This document shows positions 38,216 through 52,030 of a stretch of DNA of 64,000 nucleotides, piece by piece; within the stretch, counting starts at the first letter, position 1; each line of letters starts with the position of its first letter. The position numbers and the translations under genes were made by a program. The DNA is from the human T2T-CHM13v2.0 reference genome, Homo sapiens. Under the pieces are notes generated by a model. It ran no database searches and was not told the DNA's origin. It worked only from the letters and a program-made list of their open reading frames with translations. The DNA lies in NCBI RefSeq assembly GCF_009914755.1, contig NC_060944.1; one strand, 5' to 3'.

Positions 38216-39367
38216 ATGAATGCTGGCCCATCTTGGAATAAAGTGCAACATTCAAAGAATTCTTCAGGAAAAAGGCAGAGTAAATCCCAAGTACCCCACG
38301 CTTCTTCCCAGCCGAGAAGCAGCCTCACAGCTGTCACCCAGCCTACTGAAGAAAAACTTAAAGAAAGCATTTCCCCGGAAGCAAGACGCAAAAGGAATCC
38401 ACTCGGTTCCAGGTGTCAGGGGGCCTCAGGGAATAAACTGTTTCTTGATTTTCAGTCAATGAAAATTATTAAAGAGAATGCTGATGAGGACAGTGCAAGT
38501 GATCTCTCTGATTCGGAAAGAATTCCCATTCCTCCTTCTCCCCTCACACCTCCAGATCTCAATCTTCGAGCTGAAGAAATTGATCCAGTTTACTTTGATC
38601 TTCACCCTGGTCAGGGCCATACAAAACCTGAATACTATTATCCTAATTTCCTTCCATCCCCTTTCAGCTCCTGGGACCTACGAGATATGGCCCTGCTTCT
38701 GAACGCAGAGAACAAAACGGAAGCCGTGCCCCGAGTGGGAGGACTTCTTGGGAAGTATATCGATAGACTTATTCAGCTTGAGTGGCTGCAAGTCCAGACT
38801 GTACAGTGTGAAAAAGCAAAGGGGGGCAAAGCAAGGCCCCCCACTGCCCCTGGGACCTCAGGGGCACTGAAAAGCCCTGGGAGAAGTAAGCTAATTGCTA
38901 GTGCTCTGTCCAAGCCACTACCTCACCAGGAAGGGGCTTCAAAGTCAGGCCCTTCCCGAAAGAAAGCTTTTCACCATGAAGAAATCCACCCATCACATTA
39001 TGCATTTGAGACTTCCCCTAGACCCATTGATGTGCTTGGTGGTACCAGGTTTTGTTCTCAGAGGCAAACCCTTGAAATGAGGACAGAAGAAAAGAAAAAG
39101 AAATCAAGTAAGAGTACGAAGCTGCAGCGCTGGGATCTGTCCGGCAGTGGAAGCAGCTCTAAGGTGGAAACCAGCGGTCACATTCGAGTTCCCAAACAGG
39201 CAGCTGTGATTCTGGACTCAGCAGATTCCTGTAAGGCCTCCAAAACACAAGCACATGCACATCCTAGGAAAAAGGGAAAGGCAGAGAGCTGTGGTCATGC
39301 CACTGTATCGAGTGAGAAAAAACTGAAAACAAACGGAGTAAAGCAAAACACATATAAACTAAAATAA
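38216..39367 (+). CDS. FAM217B: Protein FAM217B (C20orf177), 383 aa; terminal exon begins at 38212
   Basis: ttttctcacAG|caatATG; MNAGPSWNKVQ...; core SDLSDSERIPIPPSPLTPPDLNLRAEEIDP, YPNFLPSPFSSWDL, KYIDRLIQLEWLQVQT recognised as FAM217-family. Confidence 0.95.
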   Translation: MNAGPSWNKVQHSKNSSGKRQSKSQVPHASSQPRSSLTAVTQPTEEKLKESISPEARRKRNPLGSRCQGASGNKLFLDFQSMKIIKENADEDSASDLSDSERIPIPPSPLTPPDLNLRAEEIDPVYFDLHPGQGHTKPEYYYPNFLPSPFSSWDLRDMALLLNAENKTEAVPRVGGLLGKYIDRLIQLEWLQVQTVQCEKAKGGKARPPTAPGTSGALKSPGRSKLIASALSKPLPHQEGASKSGPSRKKAFHHEEIHPSHYAFETSPRPIDVLGGTRFCSQRQTLEMRTEEKKKKSSKSTKLQRWDLSGSGSSSKVETSGHIRVPKQAAVILDSADSCKASKTQAHAHPRKKGKAESCGHATVSSEKKLKTNGVKQNTYKLK

Positions 39368-41375
39368 ATATCTAAAATGCTGAATTGCCAAGACCTGCAG
39401 GTACCTCAATGTTAGAGCGCTTCCAAAAGTCAAAATACTGTGAATTTTAAGGAATTTTACAAATACTGACATTTAAGTAGTTGACTGGCATTTTTGTCCA
39501 CCTTTATTTCTACCCTGAGTGGGGTTATTTTCAAAGGGAAGTGTCTTTCAATAAGCCTTTCTTTGTATTGTCAGTCTTAGGCAAATGAGAGCCCTTTAGA
39601 TAAAAATTATGTAAAATATGTGCCATATAAAGGAATAAAATGGCACCTCTCCAGGGAAAGTGTCAGTGAAACCTCAGCTACAGTAGCCGGTCTGTGTAGA
39701 GCAGCTAGTGGTGTTACCTCCCCATTTTCACATGCACGTAAGTATATGAAATAGTGCAGACTGTTTCAAATGGTGTGGAATCCTAAATGTTTAAAATAAG
39801 GTCCTTCTTGCCCACTCCCTCGCTTACTTTTTTATAAACTCCTCAAGCAAAATTTCTGTTCATTTTACCCTTAGGAGAAGCTTTAGTTCTTCCTCAAGTC
39901 AGGGAGTAGTGAGTTTGTATTTTGAGTAGTCATTTCTCACTAAGCTGGTTGCTTTCTAGAGAGACAGTGGAATCTAGTACTTTAATACATTTTCTCTGAC
40001 ATGGTTTTTTTTTTCTTTTTTGAGGGGCATTTTAAACTTAGAGGTGGTGGTAAAACCTACTTTTGAGTTCTCCGAACTGAGGTTAAAATAACTTGCAGAA
40101 TTTTCCAAAGTCAATGGGCTTAGCATGATTACTGCTGTTTGGTGGGGCTGAGAATGAAATATTTGACATTCTGGAATTGCTGGCATGTAAAGCTTCTCCA
40201 GAGAGGCACCCCAGGGAAATCACTCTTTACAATTTGTAAAGGAAGGGCCTGTAAAAGGATCAAAACACATGGACCTACATTCAGTGTAATAGTTACAAAG
40301 TTACTGATTTGGGTTCCACACCCTGTGGTCCTTAGTCAAAAATAATGATCTGTTTCAGTTTGCAAGAGCAGGATTTTATTATTTTGCTTGGGGTGAGGGG
40401 CGGGAGAGTGGAATATGAGTAAGGTTGCTGAATGAATTCTAAACTCGCTTATCTGGTCTTCAGGCTTCCCAACTCTCTCCAAGCCTTCTTATTTCACTGC
40501 AGTTAAATAACATCTTCTTGTTCCTATAGTTGTGCTGTGAGTTTTCTGTTCATATTTGCGCAGTGTATTTTAATACGGCCCATGTCATTATAGTTGATTT
40601 TATCCCTTTAAACAATTACTGTATTTGTTTTTGACGTAGAGGTTTCAATTTTTTCACCTTGGGGGCAAATGAAAAACTTGGCATTTTTCATTTGGGAACA
40701 TATAATAGCTTGTAAACTTTTCAGACAGCAGTAAATGTCTGAAAAAATATCAAAAACAGCATAAAGACAAGATTATGTAGCTCTAATTATACGTATATAA
40801 TTATAAAAAACAATGTGCAAGGGTTATATTTTAAGGTCTTTTAAAATCTGATTTTGATCATACCAAATGACATAATATTTTTTATGGTAGCCTTTTACTT
40901 TCAAGACTTAATTTTCAGACTTGTACAAGTTCCTTCTTACATTCTTTCCCTCTCACACCATCCTACTGGAGAAAGCATACTTTTATGCTAAGATCTTACT
41001 TTAAGCTTTTTATGTGAACAAAAGATGTACATATAGTAAGTATTACTTCCGTAGTCCTCAAATTTACTATAACTTTTGTACTTAGTATATGTTTTATATT
41101 TGGAAAACAGCACTACGCTTAGTTTTCCTGTAGTTCCTGAGTGATGTCTGTGTGTTCCTTGCCTGCCCTTTTTTGTGAGCACAGATTAGTCTGTTATCCA
41201 TGGCTGGCACTTCACTTATGATCCTTTCTCTGCTAGATTTTTATGCAGCTCTCTATGAAGTTTCATGGCCCATAGATATTCAAAAGCAAGATATTCTATA
41301 CATATGTGTATATGTATATATACTCCTTATGTTAATACTAAAGTGTTTATGCTGAGTTGCTGCCTTTCCCCGTCA

Positions 41376-41794
<419 letters not shown>

Positions 41795-42924
41795 AAGAAA
41801 TTGAGAAGTAACGCCTCATAATATTTGTTCCCAGCTTTTTAAATTGAAGCTGGTTGCATAATCTGGGGAATAGTCATAATTTCATGTGTTATACAGTTTA
41901 AAAAGCCTGCAAAAGTGACTTTGCTTGTTTACTTTCTGCCTCAGATTGACTATTTTAACCAATATTGTCACGACTAGATCATAGCTCCTAGTGAATAACA
42001 TGAGGTGTTTTAAAGTTAGGTCTATTACAGAATTAACATAAGCACAATTTTAATTTTATGATATCTGATATGCCTATCTAATACATCTTAATGCATTAAA
42101 TGCTGCAGATAAGAATCTTGCTATTTTTCAAGTAGACAACATTAGAAAGTTGAATCATGAACTCATTCAATTCATCAAGTCAAAAGCACTGAGTGTTTTG
42201 CTAGTCTAGTGACATGGGTTATTGTATTTCCGAGAAGTGCCTCTCATTTCTGGGGAGTTGTTTACATATACCCTGCATTTAAACCAATTAAAACAATCCA
42301 AGTTTCTTTAAAAAAAAAAAAAAAAAGAAAAAGAAAAAGAAAAATATTTTAGGCTTAGAATTATCTAATGGAAAAAATGTAAAAAAGTACAAAAATGAAC
42401 TAAAAGTATATCAGTATTTGCAGTATTTGCTGTGATTACTTAGGTTTAGACTTTCTCAACTTCTTAGATGACTAAATGGGCTGAAGACTTGTAACTAACT
42501 TGAATAGGATAGACTTCATACCCTGTGACAAAAAGGATGGGGAAGAGAATATCATTGGTCTTGCCATATACCTCCTAGCTAAAAGGAAAATGGTTTGTAG
42601 TTGTTCTTGGGCCTACTGTGTTGCTTTTCAGAAGGACATAAGACTTTCTACTTTATCTGATATGGATATCGTCTACTTCCTCATTCCTTTATGCTCACTT
42701 ATGGAGTAGTTACATAGAAATATAACTCTTGGTGGTACTGTATTTTAAGGTAATTCAGAAGCAGTATGTATTATTTATGTACATGTACAGGACACCATTC
42801 AAAATGGCTTGAAAATATTCAGCATGTTTGTTATTTGCTGTTATATTGTATGTTTAGTTTTGTATGTGATAAACAGAATTGATGTAAGTTTTTGTGGACT
42901 TGAATTTCTCCTTCCTTGAGATCA

Positions 42925-42930
42925 ATTAAA
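42925..42930 (+). terminator. FAM217B: Candidate distal FAM217B poly(A) signal ATTAAA
   Basis: Followed by a GU/U-rich element at ~42945-42985. Confidence 0.5.
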
Positions 42931-44381
42931 CAGCAGAAAAATATTGTCTGGATTTTTCTGGTATTGTTTTGTTTTGCTTTTCATGCAGTTCTCTTCTGAA
43001 GCTTGCCTTTATTTTCTCCCTGGTTATTTAAAGGAATTGCCCAGGATGAAATGCTGTTACAACTCCTGTCTTAACACTAAGCGACATGGGTGGCCAAAGC
43101 ACAGGTTAACATTACCGGATATATCAGAGAAGCATTGCAGTACATTTCTTGAGTCGCTCTTCCACTTACTACTCCATGTTGAGGATTAATTAGGGTAGCA
43201 GGATGCAAATTCAGTAAGCATAAATTAAGGTAACCTGTGATGTAATGAACTTGCACCTTTATGTACATATCCGGAAACGAGTACCATCTCTTTCAAGGAA
43301 GTGGCCTGGTTAGGAGATAGCAGTTTTGAGCAGCTCCAGCTGCAAACATTCTCAAAAGCCCTTTGCTCTTCTTTCTAACTTCACTCTGACAATAGGGTGC
43401 ATTCTTTTGAGTCTACCAAATTGTGGCAGTAATGTTCAGTGGCTTAAAAAGTAAGTTTTTGGATATGTTTTGAAAATTAACCACGCTGGAGGTTTAAAAT
43501 CTTTTTTTTTTTTTTTTTTGTACAGGAAATGTATTATTTTGGGCTGTTGCTGTTTTATTATCCACAAGGTGGCGACCAAACCCTTTCAGATAGCAGTGAA
43601 TTTGGCCTGTGAGTACCTTCTAGTCAAATAAAAAGGTTTTTACTGGAATCAAAAAGAAATGGAGAGAAAAAGACTTTTTGACTTCAGGCCCAAAGCATGT
43701 TCTTTATTTAACTTCACTCTGCCATCAGAGAATACAGTGGTTTATCATATGCAGTTAGGTGCTGTGGAGGATTCTCTTTGATTCATTGAACAGTCTCACA
43801 TCATAAAACACTGTATCCAGCATAGAATCGTCCTCAATGAAGTAACATAAATCATCAATTTATAAAAATCTTCACAGAGATCCCTGTTTCATAAAATGCA
43901 ATTTGAATATTTTTGTCTTCAGCAATTTAATGTATAAGGAATTACTGTAATAATACTGGAAAATATATATGGAATTAAAAATGGAATAGTCATAAATAAT
44001 TGCCCTAGCTTAAATGAGATTTTAGAGCAAACAAATAACACATATTTAACTTTAGATTACATTAAGCGAGGACAATTTCATGTGAGCTCCTCCCTAGACC
44101 TACTGAGTCAAAGTCTGCATTTTAACAAAATCCTTGGCACATTAAAGTTTGAGAAATCTGCTTTCCTGGTACTTAAGTCTGCAAGTTTGAGTGACTACCT
44201 TTATGGTGGGTGAGTAGCTGGTAGGCCCTCTCCCCCTCAAGCAAGCCATTTGCTTATCTAGCCCTATTTTCTCCGTAGTTTAAAGGCACTGGGCTGGCTG
44301 CTTACCTAACAGGTTGCCTAAATGAATGATTCACGGCCTCTGATAAAATCTGCTCCACAAGTGAATGCTAAGGAGTTGAAG

Positions 44382-46250
44382 TTTATTTATTTATTTTTTT
44401 CAATAGCTTTTAGGGTACAAGCGGTTTTTTGTTACATGGATAAATTATATAGAGATGAATTCTGAGATGTTAGTGCACCTGTCACCCGAGTAGTGTACAT
44501 TGTACGTCATGTGCAGTTTTTTATCGCCAGCCTCCCTCCCAACTTTCCCCTACTGAGTCTCTAAAGTCCATATGTCACTCTGTATGCCCTTGCATATTCA
44601 TAGCTTAGCTCCCACTTCTAAGTGAAAACATAAAGATTTGGGTTTACCACTCCTATGTTACTTCAGTTAGAATAATGAGGTCAGGAGTTCGAGACAAGCC
44701 TGGCCAACAAGGCGAAACCCTGTCTCTACCAAAAGTGCAAAAATTAGCCAGGCATGGTAGCATGCGCCTGTAATCCCAGCTACCCAGGAGGCTGAGGCAG
44801 GAGAATCCTGGAACCCGGGATGCAGAGGCTGCAGTGAGCTGAGATCGTGCCACTGCACTCCAGCCTGGGTGACAGAGCAAGACTCTGTCTCAAATAATAA
44901 TAATAATAATAATAATGACCTCCAGCTCCATCCAAGGTTTTGCAAAAGACATTGTTTAGCTCCCTTTAATGGCTGAGTAGTATTCCACAGTATACTATAT
45001 ATATGTGCGTGTGTGAGTGTGTGTACATATATATCACATTTTCTTTATCCACTCAGTTGATGGGCACTTAGGTTGGTTCCACATCTTTACAATTGCGAAT
45101 TGTGCTGCTATAAATATACGTGTGCAAGTGTCTTTTTCATATAATGACTTCTTTTTCCTTTGGGTATGTGTTAGTCTGTTCTCATGCTGCTATAAAGAAA
45201 TACCCAAGCCTGGGTAATTTATAAAGAAAAGAGGTTTAACTGACTCACAGTTCCACATGACTGAGGAGGCCTCAGGAACCTTACAATCATGGCGGAGGGC
45301 ACCGCTTCACAGGGCGGCAGGAGGGAGAATGAGAGCTGAGTGAAGGGGGAAGCCCCTTATAAAACCATCAGATCTCAGGAGAACTCACTCACTATCAGGA
45401 GAACAGCATGCGAACCACCCCCATGATCTAATCACCTCCCAAGAGGTCCCTCCCATGACATGTGGGGATTATGGGGACTATAATTCAAGATGAGATTTGG
45501 CTGGGGGCACAGCCAAACTGTACCAGGGCAGATACCCAATAGTGGGATTGCTGGATCAAATGGTAGATCTACTTTTAGCTCCTTAAGGAATCTCCATATG
45601 TTTTCCATAGAGGTTGTACTGATTTACATTCCCATCCGCAGTGTACAAGCATTCTTTTTTCCCCACATCCATGTCAATATCTATTGTTTCTTGAGTTTTT
45701 AATAATGGTCAGTTTTACAGAATTAAGGTGGTATCTCACTGTGGTTTTAGTTTGCATTTCCCTGATGATTGGTGATGTTCAGCACTTTTTTCACGTTTTT
45801 CTTGGCCATTTGTGTATCTTCTTTTGAGAACTGTCTACTCATGTCCTTTGCCTACTTCTTAATGAGATTACTTAGTTTTTTCTTGCTGATTTGTTTGTGT
45901 TACTTGTAGATTCTACATACTATTCCTTTTGTCAGATGTGTAGTTTGCAAATATTTCCTCCCATTCTGGGGTTGTCTGTTTACTCTGCTGATTATTTCTT
46001 TTGCTGTGCAGAAGCTTTTTAGTTCAATTAGGTTCCATTTATTTATTTTTATTTTTGTTGCATTTGCTTTTTGGGTCTTAGTCATGAATTCTTTGCCTAA
46101 GCCAGCGTCTAGAAGAATTTTTCCAATGTTGTCTTCTAGAATTTTTATTGTTTCAGGAAACTGGCAAGCCACATGTAAAGGAACGAAACTGGATCCCTAT
46201 CTGTCACCTTATACAAAAACCAACTCAGGATGGATCAAAGACTTAAAATA
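44382..46250 (-). mobile_element. 5'-truncated/inverted L1PB-like element interrupted by a truncated Alu (44677-44915) and a THE1D-like LTR (45167-45525)
   Basis: L1 3'UTR and ORF2 C-terminus on minus strand ([24 protein letters not shown]...); nested LTR with near-TSD gggta/gggca; Alu with (AAT)n tail. Confidence 0.88.
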
Positions 46251-46745
46251 TAAGCGTTCGGGCTTCTTAGATCACCTAACCACCTCATCTGATTTTCCTT
46301 ACATTCAGACTCCTAGATTTTCAAACTCCAGGTGTGGAACACTCACTCGACTTCCCTTGTCTCTTTCCTTTCACTCACTTGGTCATTTTGTCCAGGATTA
46401 GAAGAGTGTTCACCATCTGTCAGCAAGCTTTTCCTCTAAACCCATCTCTTGAGATACTCTGCCTAAATAAAGCAAGGAGAAAGAAAAGGAAGTCTTTGCT
46501 TTTCTCGCGTGGTGTTTTCAGTTTTCTAAATGCTGGAATGAAATGCTTTTTATTTGTAGAATTTATATAATATTGAAATAGCTTAACAAGTTTAATTGAA
46601 GATGTTCTGATTTTTTAAAGTATATATGTTCACCTTAACAGAACAGTTTTTGATGCAGGAAGATAAAAACAGCTGTTTAAATCTTCCCCTTTACTTTCCT
46701 TTCCTTCATTTTCTCCTTTCCTAAAGAAGCATAAACAATTTATGT

Positions 46746-46947
46746 CAGGGGTGTCCATTCTTTTGGCTTCCCTGGGCCATACTGGAAGAATAATTGTCTT
46801 GGGCCACACATAAAGTACACTAACACTAACAATAGCTGTTAAGCTAAAACAAAAAATGCAAAAAAAATTATAATGTTTTAAGAAATTTTATGAATTTATG
46901 TTGGGCCGCTTTCAAAGCTGTCCTGGGCCACAGGTTGAACAAGCTTG
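46746..46947 (+). mobile_element. MER30-like hAT-Charlie element
   Basis: caggggtgtccattcttttggcttccctgggcc...gggccacaggttgaacaagcttg. Confidence 0.8.
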
Positions 46948-47398
46948 ATTTACAAACATAAATGATAGAAGAAAGAGCATGGCGATTCATACCACTAGTA
47001 TGATTAGCATTGGAATATACTTGCAAAAAGTGAAAATGCCTTCAATAAGTTATATCTGGCAGCGTTTTTGTTTGTTTTTCTAATTGCATATCTGCAACTA
47101 CATATTAGTTAAAAAAATTGGGGCAAGAGATTAAAATCTCTCCAAGATAATTTTCTGGCCAGCTCTTAGTGGCTGACAAGATACCAAAACCTAAGTTTCA
47201 GTATGCACGCTCAAATCAACCCATGTGATTAGTAATCAGAATTGAAAAAATTCTTAGTCCTTGAAAAAAATCCAGAAACACAAATGATGGATTATTTTAT
47301 TCTAATATGAAATCTAATGAACTTCAGCTCTTAATATATGTGACAAGATATTGGGGTACAACTAGAGATACACTATCAGGTATTGGGTAAAACTACAC

Positions 47399-47608
47399 TT
47401 AATAATGATGAATGCATCATGAGGGCATCCCCGCCTGGCTTGGGCTTCTGCTTGGACAGTGGTCTGGCTGGTCAGGCCCCATGCCCAGCTGAAAGGAAGA
47501 GAACCGAGGTGGACAGCAGGACTGAGGGAAGATGACAAACACACTGGACTCTACCTGCATTTGGCATTTCCCATATGGATCAAGTAAACAACAGAGAAGT
47601 AAAGTGCT
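47399..47608 (+). repeat. Left arm of ~210-bp inverted duplication
   Basis: About 88% identical by hand alignment to the reverse complement of 49280-49488. Confidence 0.92.
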
Positions 47609-47680
47609 GATGGAGTTTTCCTTGATGGAGTCAAATTCACCTTCTGGTTTTTTCCCAATATTGCATTATAAATTTTTTCA

Positions 47681-48066
<386 letters not shown>

Positions 48067-48183
48067 CTACTCTGTCCATCCGTCTAGCCACCTAGCAGTC
48101 CCAGCTGTGGCCTATTCCAGGCATCAGTATCCTTCCAGCTTCTGCCTGCCATGCTCACCCTCCAGGGCCTCCACTGTGGGTAG

Positions 48184-48689
<506 letters not shown>

Positions 48690-49279
48690 TAAACTTTTCT
48701 TGTGACTATGAAGAAACGGGAATTGAATTCAGAAGTATTGGCTGGAAAATTATTTTTGTGTTAGTGAATATAGAAAGGTCTTGACTCAGGGGACATATAA
48801 GCATGAGCCATTTTATTCTTCCTTAATCTGAGCCTTCAACCAAACCATTTCAATCCCTCAGTTACAACTGGGGCTCATCATTACCCAGTCACGTCAGTCA
48901 GTAAAACCAGCCCAGCTTAAAACTTCGATGTCAGCCTTGATGGAAATCTAATCTCTTCCATCCACCCTGGGTGGGCTGGACTCCCAGGTGGGTGTGTGGG
49001 CAGGGGAGGCTTGGGCAGCCCCTCCTCACCTTCCAACCCAGCACTGAGATCCTAAGGCATGGTGGTGCTTTGCTGTTGGGACACCTCTGCTCCCTCCCTC
49101 TTCCAGGCTCTGCCTCCCCTAGCGTTGGTGACAGAAAGAGAGACTAAGGGAAAGCCTAAGGCCTGTCCTCTGTAACAGGCCACTCTCCCAGCCTTTCACT
49201 GCGGCTGGCTCACCTCTGCAGAGGAGGCATCGAATGCCAGCCTTCTCACCTCCCCAGCCAGGAAAGAAGGCTTGAGCCT

Positions 49280-49488
49280 AGCGCTTTACTTCTCTGGTGT
49301 TTACTTGATCCATATGGAAAATGCCAAAGGTAGGCAGAGTCAGGTGCATTTGTCATCTTCCCTCAGTCCCACTGTCCACCTAAGTTCCCCTCCTTTCAGC
49401 TGGGCATGAGGCCTGGCCAGCCAGACCACTGTCCACGCAGAAATCCAAGCCGGGTGGGGATGCCTCATGATGCAATCATCATTACTAA
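49280..49488 (-). repeat. Right arm of ~210-bp inverted duplication
   Basis: See 47399-47608. Confidence 0.92.
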
Positions 49489-49926
49489 AAAAAGAACAGT
49501 GAGAACTGGAGGTGGCTGGGGGCACTCCTCAAAAACATGAGAAGGTTGACCCTGGGTAGGTAATTGTAGCTCATACCTCCCTTGCAATCAAGTAACTTTT
49601 ATCTCATGAGCAATCTCATTTCTTCACTTGTCAGCTTACAGGGAGCTGGGAGCTGCCACCATGTGGCTATAAAGTATTACTGTACTTCCAAGGACACAGA
49701 AAGGAGCGCTAGACTATTGTCACTATGATCACATGCTCAGAATAGAAAGGGAGTGGGGACATCTTCAAGCTCAGGCTCACCCAAGATGTGCAGCAGGTGA
49801 TGCCCAGAATCACCAGCTGAGTTCCAGGCCCCGTGGCCTACCCAAGTAGGGTTGCCGTGTGGGGAACTGGCATTCTGCTTAGTTATTTTAAACGCTTGAG
49901 AATGTTGAAAACTTGTTTGTTTCTAA

Positions 49927-50163
<237 letters not shown>

Positions 50164-50590
50164 TGAAAGTGGAATCCTTCACTGTTGTCCCCCAGCTCCG
50201 CCCAGACTAGAACATTGTGAGGCTAATGCCTTTCTAGCAACAATATTTTAGTCCCCAGCGCTATTCTAGCAGCAGGGAGTGCTCAACTGACGTGGTTTTT
50301 TCACATATATTTAACATGGTTTAGCTCACCTGACTTATATATTCTAAATTAGTGATTCTAACTTAATCAGTTTTTTAAAAATAGGCTATCATTATAGAAA
50401 TATCCACTTTGAAAATAGGCACAAGGTATTCAGTTTCTCTTTATGCACAGGAAATATCTATAGACTTTAAAGTTGTATTTATTATTCTTTTCAATAATAA
50501 GCTATTAATTTCAATAAAAATAAACTATTCAAATTAAAATATTCAGCAGCATCTCAGAGCTATGAATGTTCAGTTAAGCAAAGAAAGTTT

Positions 50591-52030
50591 TTTTTTTTTA
50601 ATTGGGAGATTTTTATTTTATATTTTATTTTTGATGAGTTCTTTTTTATTTTTATTTTTTAATTTTATTTTTCCATAAGTTATTGGGGTACAGGTGGCAT
50701 ATTGGTTACATGAGTAAGTTTTTCAGTGGAGATTTGTGAGATCCTGGTGCACCCATCACCCAAGCAGTATACACTGCACCATATTTGTTGTCTTTTATCC
50801 CTCACCCTCTTCCCACTCTTCCCCCCAATTCCCCAAAGTCCATTGTATGATTCTTATGCCTTTGTGTCCTCATAGCTTAGCTCCCACAAATCAGTGAGAA
50901 TATACAATGTTTGATTTTCCATTCCTGAGTTACTTCATTTAGAATAATAGTCTCCAATCTCATCCAGGTCACTGCAAATGCTGTTAATTCATTCCTTTTT
51001 ATGGCTGAGTAGTATTCCATCATATATATCTGTATATACACATATATATACATATATATGTGTATATATATGTGTATGTATATATATACATATATGTGTG
51101 TATATATGTGTATGTATATATATACATATATGTGTGTATATATGTATGTATATATGTGTATATATGTACATACACATATATACACATATATGTGTATATA
51201 TACATATATGCGTGTATATATGTACATACACATATATACACACATATATGTGTATATATGTACATACACATATATACACGCATATATGTGTATATATACA
51301 TATAGATACGCATATACACATTTTCTTTATCCACTAGTTGATTGATGGGCATTTGGGTTGGTTCCACGATTTTGCAATTGTGAATTTTGCTGCTATAAAC
51401 GTGCATGTGCAAGTATCTTTTTCGAATAATGACTTCTTTTCCTCTGGGAAGATACCCAGTAGTGGGATTGCTGGATCAAATGGTAGTTCTACTTTTGTTC
51501 TTTAAGGAATCTCCACACTGTTTTCCATAGCAGCTGTACTATGTTATATTCCCCCCAGCAGTGTAGAAGTGTTCCCTGATTGTCACATCCACACCAACGT
51601 CTACTGTTTTTTGATTTTTTGATTATGGTCATTCTTGCAGGAGTAAGGTGGTATCGCACTGCGGTTTTGATTTGCGTTTTGCTGATCATTGGTGATGTTG
51701 AGCATTTTTTCATATGCTTGTTGACCATTTGTATATCTTCTTTTGAGAATTGTCTATTCATGTCCTTATCCCACTTTTTGATGGGATTGTTTTTTTCTTA
51801 CTGATTTGTTGGAGTTCATTGTGGATTCTGGATATTAATCCTTTGTCAGATGTATAGATTGTGAAGATTTTCTCCCACTCTGTGGGTTGTCTGTTTACTC
51901 TGCTGACTGTTCCTTTTGCAGTGCAAAAGCTCTTTAGTTTAATTAGGTCCCAGCTATTTATCTTTGATTTTATTGCATTTGCTTTTTGGTTCTTGGTCAT
52001 GAAATCCTTGCCTAAGCCAATATCTAGAAC
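50591..52030 (-). mobile_element. 5'-truncated L1PB/L1PA-like element with internal TA/CA-rich microsatellite (51022-51320)
   Basis: ORF2 C-terminal remnants in ORF track (51489..52036); exact 15-bp TSD aagcaaagaaagttt at 50576-50590 and 52031-52045. Confidence 0.9.

Noticed and set aside
50877-51412. Tyr/Ile/His/Cys-rich ORFs in several frames
   Set aside because: Translation of a TA/CA microsatellite inside an L1
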